From the IMG/VR virus record IMGVR_UViG_3300023235_000002: a DNA stretch of 60,667 bases; one strand, 5' to 3'. Numbering within the stretch: the stretch's first letter is position 1; each line of letters begins with the position of its first letter. Below the pieces are notes generated by a model, which was given only the letters and a program-made list of their open reading frames with translations, did not search any database and had not been told where the DNA came from. Both the position numbers and the translations under genes were made by a program. The DNA comes from a virus. This document shows, piece after piece, positions 1-7,458 of the stretch.

Positions 1-127
1 TTATTATAAAATTTACCCAGAGGGAAATGGTATTTATGGTCAGTATTAATCAAATGTAAAGCTTTTTTTGCTCTAGTAACTCCTGTGTACCAAACTCTTA
101 ATTCCTTTATTTTATCTTGTAAATTCT
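1..127. repeat. 127-nt segment identical to 60541..60667 (overlap of a circular or circularly permuted assembly; unit length 60540 nt)
   Basis: Direct comparison of the first and last 127 nt shows they are identical. Confidence 0.95.
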
Positions 128-1580
128 TGTTTTCGTAATGAGCAGGCCAATTAGATTTACTTAACAGAACTACATGATCCGCCTCTCCTCCTTTAACTGC
201 ATGGATAGTGTCTACGGTAATTTTAGCTGATTCTTTTAAGTTAACATTATTATCTAATAATCTTATTAAATATTGTTTCTCTCTATCTTTAAATCTTATC
301 TTAAAAGCATCTATCCAATGTCCTTTAGGTTCTCTTAACCCTGCTCTTAAACGTAGTTCTTCGTAATTAAATACTTGATTAGGGTGAGCAAAGCTCCATT
401 TAATACTATCTGAGCTTCGGTATCCGTGGTCAATGTTTTGTATGTAGTGGTACGCAATACAAGCTTCCTCTCTACTAACAGAGCCACCTTCCATTAAATG
501 GTTCCAAGCTTTAATAGCTTGCCATTGCTCTATTCTAAATGATTTTCGTCCTTGTACATCTTGAAAATATACTCCTTTTTCATACAAATCTTGCTCTACC
601 TCTTCTTTAATAGACCTGATCCTAGATAATACCATAAAGCTACCTGGTTGATTAAAATCTACATGCCTTAAACTAGAATAAGTTTGAATAGATCCTTCTT
701 CTTTTCTTGGATTAAATTGTTTTTCTTGCCTAAAACCTTTTGCTGGAGCCAATAACAACTGAGAGAAAAAATGAACTCTGTCTGGTATTCTTCTAGATTG
801 ATTTAATACTTTTACCTTACCTGGAAAATGTATAAAGAAATCTGCATCTGCACCATTCCATTCATAGATTGCTTGATCATCATCTCCTGCTAAATAAATT
901 CTATCAGAGTTGTCTGCTAACTTCATAATCAAATCCCATTGTAGTGGAGTTAGATCTTGAGACTCATCTACCATTAATACTTTCAATTTAGGAGCCACTC
1001 CCTCTTCAATAAATTTTTGTATCATATCTGTAAAATCTAATTTATCTTTTTCTCTAACTCCTGGAGAAGTCTCTATCATTTTAAAATTTTCATAAGCAGC
1101 TATAATAGATTGAAACTGAGACTTTCGTACTTCTTTCCTATCTTGCTGCTGATAGGCTTTCATAGGGTCTTGTTTCGTGTTCCGTGCTCGGTCGTATATC
1201 TGTAATGACCAATTATTAAATACCTTCTGGTCTTCAAATCCTTTTTGAGCATTAATTTTTATAGTTCCATAATCCGAATGAAACTGGATCATGTCTTCTG
1301 TAGGATCTAGAACAGGGATCTGAGAGAATTGTCTCCTAGCAAAACTGTGAATAGTGCTAAAATAAGGAAAATCGTCTTCGGTTAAATCAGGTAGTGCTAT
1401 CTTTAATCTTGTTACCGTCTCATCTACGGCTTTATTAGTAAAACTAAAATAAGCTATCTCAGAGGGATGGATGCCATTCTTAATAAACCATTTTACTCTT
1501 CTTAGTAACTGATAGGTCTTTCCAGTTCCAGGAGGACCAAATACTTTAATGGTCTTGCCATGGAGCTTTTGATTTATCAT
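1..1580 (-). CDS. UvrD/PcrA-like SF1 DNA helicase (534 aa in the circular map; the 3' end runs off the window start and continues at 60540..60516)
   Basis: Manual translation; absent from the ORF track because there is no in-window stop. ATG at 1580. Motifs: MINQKLHGKTIKVFGPPGTGKTYQLL (Walker A), LMVDESQDLTPLQW (motif II), AGDDDQAIYEWNGA, LNQSRRIP, TIHAVKGGEADHVVL, WYTGVTRAKKAL (motif VI). Confidence 0.85.
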   Translation of the reverse strand, partial: MINQKLHGKTIKVFGPPGTGKTYQLLRRVKWFIKNGIHPSEIAYFSFTNKAVDETVTRLKIALPDLTEDDFPYFSTIHSFARRQFSQIPVLDPTEDMIQFHSDYGTIKINAQKGFEDQKVFNNWSLQIYDRARNTKQDPMKAYQQQDRKEVRKSQFQSIIAAYENFKMIETSPGVREKDKLDFTDMIQKFIEEGVAPKLKVLMVDESQDLTPLQWDLIMKLADNSDRIYLAGDDDQAIYEWNGADADFFIHFPGKVKVLNQSRRIPDRVHFFSQLLLAPAKGFRQEKQFNPRKEEGSIQTYSSLRHVDFNQPGSFMVLSRIRSIKEEVEQDLYEKGVYFQDVQGRKSFRIEQWQAIKAWNHLMEGGSVSREEACIAYHYIQNIDHGYRSSDSIKWSFAHPNQVFNYEELRLRAGLREPKGHWIDAFKIRFKDREKQYLIRLLDNNVNLKESAKITVDTIHAVKGGEADHVVLLSKSNWPAHYENKNLQDKIKELRVWYTGVTRAKKALHLINTDHKYHFPLGKFYN

Positions 1581-3141
1581 GTTTTACTTCTTTCCTTTTA
1601 TATTCAGGTAATTTAGGCATAGGACTTCTCCAATGTCTGGTCTGTATGTTAGCATGTTTCTTTTTAGGTTCCGCTCCTCCTACTTGTAAGAAATTAGTAC
1701 ACTCTCTATTATTCCAGTTACTACCCATTTTTTTCATAAATCTTTGAAAAGACTGTATCTTAAATCTTAGTTCAGACGATTTAGATGGATCTGGATTATC
1801 TATCCAGATATAACCATTGTCTATTTGATCAAACTCATCGTGTACTTCACAATCTTCAAAAAACTGAACCATTTTAGAATTAAACAAATCATCTTGATCT
1901 GCCATGGCATCATATCCTTCCATATCAATTTTATTTTTAATTAACTCATCTTTAAAATCAGACCATGGATCTGGGTTTTGCTTAGTTTGTTTTAAATTTC
2001 TCCATACTATATCTGCTACTTGAAGCTTCTCTGCAAATAATCTTTGAGAATATAATTCTTTATTATCTAATTTAATATTTACTCCATTTACTGGAAGAAC
2101 CCAGTAAGGCTCAGGATACACATTATACTTAATTAACTTACCTACTTCAGGCATTGCTTCATTAGGATTAATACCTAATTTTTTAGTAATACATTTTTTT
2201 GCATCGCAATTCATTTTAGCAATAGAAGAATTACATCTATAGTTATAATCGGTTTTAGTGTGCTGTTTTATTAATACATTTAATTCCTTAGGATCTAACG
2301 GGGGCTCACCAACTTTTTTATTAAAGTCTCTTACTAATTCTGGCCAGTAATCTGGATCTGGATTAATCTTTTTGGCTAATACGGCACAGTTAAACATAGC
2401 ATCATTTCTACCCTGTCCTTCTTTTACCTTATTCTTCATAAAGTGAGAGACACATGGAGGATAGTCTTTAGTCTCTGGCTCCGAAGTAGATTCAGCGTTA
2501 ATTTTGGTTAATTGTTCTTCACTTACTTTAAAATTCTCTACATGTTTAAATAACTCCTCTATAGGAACGCTCTTTCCATCGTCATACATGGCCATACGAG
2601 TGGATCTTTTAGCATTTTGATAGGGAAGGTTAACAAAGTTTCCTTTTCTCTTATCTTCCCAAGCATCTGGAGTTAAATCTACTACATCCTGAGCAGGGTA
2701 AATGTCGGTTGTTTCGTCTCTTACACCTAAGTCACTAGCCATCTCAATTAGCTTCTGCCTCATTAACTTAGCTGGAACTGCTTCTTTACAGTGAATAAAT
2801 AAATGTAATCCATTAGATTTAGATCTATATGGAACTAAAGGGTACTTTCTCTCTCGTATAATTTTAATTAATTCTAAATGATTTATGTTGTATCTATCTA
2901 CGTCTATTACTCCCCATCCGCAGGTAGAATTATCTCTGATAGGAACGGTACCTATGTGTCTAGTTCCTTCAATGTGTTCTTTCCAATCGTTGTCCGTGAT
3001 CGGTGTTTGTTTAATCCAGCTTTTATATTCAGACTTACCATTAGGTTTCTTTTGACCCGTTGGTTTAGATTCACCATAATATGTGTGTGAGCCTTGGAAC
3101 AGGTTTTTAAACTGTTCCAAGATTGTTACATTAGAGTTCAT
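1546..3141 (-). CDS. Primase-polymerase (archaeo-eukaryotic primase superfamily) with a PriCT-like C-terminal region
   Basis: AEP motifs WGVIDVD (DxD), SKSNGLHLFIH (sGxGxH) and TDIYP. Cys/His segment PPCVSHF...RNDAMFNCA. No Walker A. Overlaps the helicase start by 35 nt. Confidence 0.7.
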   Translation of the reverse strand: MNSNVTILEQFKNLFQGSHTYYGESKPTGQKKPNGKSEYKSWIKQTPITDNDWKEHIEGTRHIGTVPIRDNSTCGWGVIDVDRYNINHLELIKIIRERKYPLVPYRSKSNGLHLFIHCKEAVPAKLMRQKLIEMASDLGVRDETTDIYPAQDVVDLTPDAWEDKRKGNFVNLPYQNAKRSTRMAMYDDGKSVPIEELFKHVENFKVSEEQLTKINAESTSEPETKDYPPCVSHFMKNKVKEGQGRNDAMFNCAVLAKKINPDPDYWPELVRDFNKKVGEPPLDPKELNVLIKQHTKTDYNYRCNSSIAKMNCDAKKCITKKLGINPNEAMPEVGKLIKYNVYPEPYWVLPVNGVNIKLDNKELYSQRLFAEKLQVADIVWRNLKQTKQNPDPWSDFKDELIKNKIDMEGYDAMADQDDLFNSKMVQFFEDCEVHDEFDQIDNGYIWIDNPDPSKSSELRFKIQSFQRFMKKMGSNWNNRECTNFLQVGGAEPKKKHANIQTRHWRSPMPKLPEYKRKEVKHDKSKAPWQDH

Positions 3142-3926
3142 TAGAAAGGAGCTTTTTCTGTTCCTTCTTCTGTATCATATTTAACATTTACATCTCCACC
3201 TGCGCATGATTGATAGAATTCATGTGCTGATTTTAATACAGCCTCATTAGGAACTGGACGTGTATGAGAAATATCCCATCCATACCATGCTCCTAAACTA
3301 TTTTTCTCCAGTACTGTTTTTATATTGTACACTTGAGTAAATGGTGCAGGTCTATATATGCTTCCGTCTTTCTTCTTTGCTTTAACAGACATCATCATAG
3401 AGTTCCACTTTTTAGATTTTTTTCTTTGAGTGGATTTCATAGTAATTAATGCAGTCTCTTGAGGCATGTCATCGGCTACTAAAAGCACAAAGTGACTTGC
3501 TGTCTCCTCTACATAATTACCATTATCTAATCTATCTTTATTATCATCTGCTCTAGTAGTTTCAGACATAATATTAGAATCACTACTATATATATTTACA
3601 GGAGCATTAGATCTTTCTGATCCTCTGTCTCTCCATTCAATATATTGAAGTTTATAATGGCAAGGAACTACTTGAATTCCTTTTTGACCATCATATAGCT
3701 GATTAGTTACTGTGTTAAAAATCATACCAGGTTTTGCTTCTGGGATGTATTTTGAATCACCAGCAGTTACCTGAGGTGATAATTGACCTAAGATTTTTAA
3801 AAATGGTAAAGCAATATCGTTTGCTCCAATATTTTCAAATCCAATGTCTGCGAACTGCTCTGCGTCAACAGTCGCTACTTCAGTGTTTTGTTTTTTCGCA
3901 ACACTTTTTACTTGTTCGTCACTCAT
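3141..3926 (-). CDS. Putative ssDNA-binding protein (T7 gp2.5-like logic)
   Basis: 261 aa in the replication/recombination block. The acidic C-terminal tail ends ...DTEEGTEKAPF, like SSB/gp2.5 tails. No family recognised directly. Confidence 0.35.
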   Translation of the reverse strand: MSDEQVKSVAKKQNTEVATVDAEQFADIGFENIGANDIALPFLKILGQLSPQVTAGDSKYIPEAKPGMIFNTVTNQLYDGQKGIQVVPCHYKLQYIEWRDRGSERSNAPVNIYSSDSNIMSETTRADDNKDRLDNGNYVEETASHFVLLVADDMPQETALITMKSTQRKKSKKWNSMMMSVKAKKKDGSIYRPAPFTQVYNIKTVLEKNSLGAWYGWDISHTRPVPNEAVLKSAHEFYQSCAGGDVNVKYDTEEGTEKAPF

Positions 3927-3935
3927 GTTTTCTCC

Positions 3936-4469
3936 TTATTGTTTGATTGTTGTTTTGTTAGTTATGTATATAGAAAATAGATCCATAGGTATATCTTTAC
4001 CTCGTTCTATTTGATCCGATACAAATGCTTTTAGAGTCATAGGCTCCACTTTTTCTTTACGTTGATAAGTGTAACCTTGATCCTCAAACATTTTCATTAA
4101 AGAGGATGCTCTAGCATCCTCTTCTTTATTAAAGGAAGCAGTGAGCGTGTTTTTTATTAAATCGCCATGGCCATTGTCTCTAAGCCACGAATACGCTTTC
4201 TCGGCATTACCCAATGTTATAGAGGCTTTGATAGAAGGTTTAACTTCTACCGAGTTACCATTTGTAAGTTTAATAGAACTCACTCCTGCTTCCTGCAGCA
4301 AGTCGGGAATGACCCGTTCTTGAAGAAGGTTTGCCCTGTCTTCTACGACAGACAATTCTGCTTTTTTAGTTGCAATCTCTTTTTGTAAATCTTGTAGTTC
4401 ATTACATTTTTCACTGATCTTACCTACTTTATTTTCGTCTACGTTTATTGAGATATGTTCAAAATCCAT
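3936..4469 (-). CDS. Hypothetical protein with an N-terminal coiled coil (recombination-module neighbour)
   Basis: 177-aa ORF, co-oriented and tightly spaced with its neighbours. Confidence 0.6.
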   Translation of the reverse strand: MDFEHISINVDENKVGKISEKCNELQDLQKEIATKKAELSVVEDRANLLQERVIPDLLQEAGVSSIKLTNGNSVEVKPSIKASITLGNAEKAYSWLRDNGHGDLIKNTLTASFNKEEDARASSLMKMFEDQGYTYQRKEKVEPMTLKAFVSDQIERGKDIPMDLFSIYITNKTTIKQ

Positions 4470-4529
4470 GATGTCCTCCTTTTATTTAAATTGTTGTACA
4501 TGTCAAGAAATAGTTTATAAACATTTTTA

Positions 4530-5957
4530 ATGGAATATCAATTTAAAACTGTACCTTATCAGCATCAGTTGGATGCTTTAAAAGATTGCGAAAATAAAGC
4601 GAACTGGGCATTCTTTATGGATATGGGAACGGGTAAGACAAAGACCACCATAGATAATATAGGCATGCTTTATTTAAAAGGAGAAATTGATTCGGCATTA
4701 ATTGTTGCTCCTAAATCTGTATATGCGATGTGGGAAAAAGAAATAGAAAATCATTTATCTGAGCAAGTAAAAACATATATTCAAATATGGAACGTCAAGA
4801 AAAAAATAAAATATGATTTAATGAAAGAGACTGTTCCTAATCATTTAAATATTTTATTAATGAATGTAGAAGCTTTCTCTACTAAAAAGGGAGTAACAAG
4901 TGCTTCCTTGTTTTTTAAGAAACATCCTAAAAGTTTTTTTGTCATTGATGAGGCTACTAGTATTAAAAATCAAAAGGCAAAAAGGACAAAGAACCTTTTA
5001 TCTCTTTCTCCGTTAGCCGTGGTTCGTAGAATATTAACAGGTAGTCCTGTTACTAAATCTCCTTTAGATTTGTTTACTCAATGTAAATTTTTATCTTCTC
5101 AGCTTTTAGGGTATGATTCGTATTATTCATTTAGATCCAGATACGCTGAAATGCAGTCTATTTATACAGGAGTTAATACTCAAATTATGATCCCTAAGTT
5201 TTATAAAAATTTAGATGAGTTGGAAAAAAAGATTAAAACTTTTAGTACGAGAGTTAAGAAAGAAGATTGTTTAGATATACCTCCTAAAGTATACGAACAA
5301 AGAAAAGTATCTTTATCAGGGAAACAGAAGGAAGTGTATGAACGTTTAAAACATCATGCAATGACCGTTTTAAATGATAGTACGGTTTCCTTTAATAATC
5401 AGTTAACCGAGATACTAAGGCTACATCAAGTTACTAATGGTTTTGTTAAAAACGATGACGGAGAAATAGAAGAGTTCAATAATCCTAAGTTAGATGAGTT
5501 AATGACCGTATTAGATGAAATCAACGGTAAGGCTATTATCTGGGCTAACTACATTAAAAACATTGAAGACATTAAAGCTAGAATAGAAAAAGAATATGGT
5601 AAAGGAAGTTGTGTGGAAATGTACGGTGCTACCTCGGTAGATGCTAGAAAAAAAGTGTGCCATGACTTTCAAACAAACGATAAAGTTCGTTTTTTTATTG
5701 GTAATCCTACTGTAGGTGGATATGGATTAACTTTACATGCTGCTAGTTACGTTATTTATTTTTCCAATAGTTATAATTTAGAAGTACGTCTTCAATCTGA
5801 AGACAGAGCACATAGAATAGGTCAAACTAAAAATGTATTATATATAGATATTATAGCTGAAGATACGGTAGATGAAAAAATTGTTTCTGCCTTAGATAAA
5901 AAATTAGTGCTGTCCGCTAAAACAATGGGTGAAGAAATAAAGACTTGGCTTAAATAA
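4530..5957 (+). CDS. SNF2/Rad54-family helicase (SF2 ATPase)
   Basis: MDMGTGKTKTTI (Walker A), VIDEATSIKN (DEAx box), GGYGLTLHAA, QSEDRAHRIGQTKNV (motif VI). Confidence 0.85.
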   Translation: MEYQFKTVPYQHQLDALKDCENKANWAFFMDMGTGKTKTTIDNIGMLYLKGEIDSALIVAPKSVYAMWEKEIENHLSEQVKTYIQIWNVKKKIKYDLMKETVPNHLNILLMNVEAFSTKKGVTSASLFFKKHPKSFFVIDEATSIKNQKAKRTKNLLSLSPLAVVRRILTGSPVTKSPLDLFTQCKFLSSQLLGYDSYYSFRSRYAEMQSIYTGVNTQIMIPKFYKNLDELEKKIKTFSTRVKKEDCLDIPPKVYEQRKVSLSGKQKEVYERLKHHAMTVLNDSTVSFNNQLTEILRLHQVTNGFVKNDDGEIEEFNNPKLDELMTVLDEINGKAIIWANYIKNIEDIKARIEKEYGKGSCVEMYGATSVDARKKVCHDFQTNDKVRFFIGNPTVGGYGLTLHAASYVIYFSNSYNLEVRLQSEDRAHRIGQTKNVLYIDIIAEDTVDEKIVSALDKKLVLSAKTMGEEIKTWLK

Positions 5958-5964
5958 AAGTTTA

Positions 5965-6546
5965 TTAAATATTTTTACTAGTTAACTGAATATGTCCTAA
6001 GACCTTACCTTTGTGAGGTCCTTGTTTTACAGTATACCCTGAACCATTTTCATTAATATTAACTTCTTTTCTGCTTTTAAGTAATATTTTTTCTTTATAT
6101 AATTTTTCTTTCTCTTCCGTTTCTTTAATGATTAAATCTTTAATTCTTGCTTTTTTAATACTTCTACCACCAGCAATATCTTTTAATTCAGTTTCTCTAT
6201 CTATAAATTTATACTCTATCCTAACTATATCAAAATCTTTTTGTATTTTTTTACATATTTCTTCTGGGTCAAATTCTCCGCAAGAGTATACGTCAAATTG
6301 CATTAAGGCAGGTGATGGTTCGTCCCATACATGCATTATAATGTGAGATGTTTCTATAATAGCAACTCCTGTAATACCTCTATTGCCAGGAACATTATGA
6401 TAAATAACATAAGGTCCCATTAATACTTTCATATTAATTGAATCAATAAAATTATAAAGCCAGTCCTTTAGATATTGTTCGTCTGTAGGAGGCTTTACAG
6501 CTTCCGCTCTTACAATCAGATGTTTATGGACTAATACTTCTGTCAT
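5965..6546 (-). CDS. speD: S-adenosylmethionine decarboxylase proenzyme-like (pyruvoyl-dependent, class 1) with a ~70-aa Lys/Glu-rich C-terminal extension
   Basis: GITGVAIIETSHIIMHVWDE...FDVYSCGEFDP aligns with bacterial SpeD GVSGVVIISESHLTIH(T/S)(W/F)PE...D(L/V)(F/Y)TCG. Confidence 0.7.
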   Translation of the reverse strand: MTEVLVHKHLIVRAEAVKPPTDEQYLKDWLYNFIDSINMKVLMGPYVIYHNVPGNRGITGVAIIETSHIIMHVWDEPSPALMQFDVYSCGEFDPEEICKKIQKDFDIVRIEYKFIDRETELKDIAGGRSIKKARIKDLIIKETEEKEKLYKEKILLKSRKEVNINENGSGYTVKQGPHKGKVLGHIQLTSKNI

Positions 6547-6555
6547 TAAGAGAGT

Positions 6556-7257
6556 TTATTGTAGTTTTTTAAATTGTTCTACCCTCTGTAGGAATTTTTC
6601 TCCATATTCTTGAAGCTCTGCTTCCTTTAAGATCCATTGTTGGTAAGTAAGATCTCGTACACATATGGATATTAAACCTTGCTCTATGTCTCCATATTGA
6701 TCTTTATGGGCTAAATAATACGCTCCTAACTGATACTTATAATCTTCAATCCATTCTTCTTTTTTTTCACGGTTAGACTGTTTGAAATCTACAATAGTAG
6801 GCTTACCATCATATAGCACTACCATGTCGGTAGTACCTGCATATTCATATTTGTAAGCTAAACTTACTTCATTACCCCACACCTCTGTAATAGGAGATAA
6901 ATTCTCTAATATTTTATGAGCCATGATCCGTGGTTGTCGGCCATCGGGATCTGTATTGTAATAAGGGGTTCCGTTAAAATAGTTCTCTAATATATAATGC
7001 ATTTCTGTTCCTACTGCAGAAGCATCTTTAGTTATCTTCCTTGCTTGAGCTTCACCTACCCTTTTTCTCCATTCGGTTAAAAAGGATTGATCTTTAGTGG
7101 CTCCTAAAATGGTAGTTACGGAAGGTACTTTCTTCTCTTCTACTAAGTACTTTCTTCCTGTTTCGTCTGAAAATCTATTGTAAAATTTGTAAGGATATTT
7201 ATGAACCTTTTTCAGGTCTTTTATAGTAATAATGCCGTTTTCTTTTTTGTACTTCAC
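6556..7257 (-). CDS. PD-(D/E)XK exonuclease (RecB/lambda-Exo-like)
   Basis: TDMVVLYDGKPTIVDFKQS (D...D/ExK) followed by YKYQLGAYYLA (QxxxY). Confidence 0.65.
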   Translation of the reverse strand: MKYKKENGIITIKDLKKVHKYPYKFYNRFSDETGRKYLVEEKKVPSVTTILGATKDQSFLTEWRKRVGEAQARKITKDASAVGTEMHYILENYFNGTPYYNTDPDGRQPRIMAHKILENLSPITEVWGNEVSLAYKYEYAGTTDMVVLYDGKPTIVDFKQSNREKKEEWIEDYKYQLGAYYLAHKDQYGDIEQGLISICVRDLTYQQWILKEAELQEYGEKFLQRVEQFKKLQ

Positions 7258-7266
7258 TACTTCTTA

Positions 7267-7458
7267 TTACTCAGAAGTAACTTGAAGTAAAGTTAAAAAT
7301 ATAGCAAATAAGCCACCTATTAATACTCTTTCTAGACGACATACTCTTTCTTTCATTTCTTTTATTTGGTCAAACGTTTGCTTTTGCATGATACGACACA
7401 ATTTTTCATGGTTTTCTACTCTTTGTATCGCAGTAGCATCTATATTTTTTTTAGCCAT
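7267..7458 (-). CDS. Small protein with a C-terminal transmembrane helix
   Basis: 63 aa. Hydrophobic C-terminus LIGGLFAIFLTLLQV. 1-nt stop/start overlap with the upstream gene. Confidence 0.5.
   Translation of the reverse strand: MAKKNIDATAIQRVENHEKLCRIMQKQTFDQIKEMKERVCRLERVLIGGLFAIFLTLLQVTSE

Noticed and set aside
2878-3090. Plus-strand 60-130-aa ORFs nested antisense inside long minus-strand genes. Examples: 2878..3090, 3734..3946, 4141..4388, 8038..8259, 9184..9414, 9907..10215, 11810..12193, 26594..26872, 35412..35702, 44397..44814, 55243..55503, 56662..56916, 58265..58483 and 60087..60329
   Set aside because: They have low-complexity, Leu/Phe/Ser/Ile-rich translations typical of the antisense frame of AT-rich coding DNA. 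Each is fully contained in a better-supported minus-strand gene, with no start context or coupling
5957-5965. Terminator between the convergent SNF2 and speD genes
   Set aside because: Only 7 nt separate the two stop codons, and the flanking AT-rich sequence forms no convincing stem-loop
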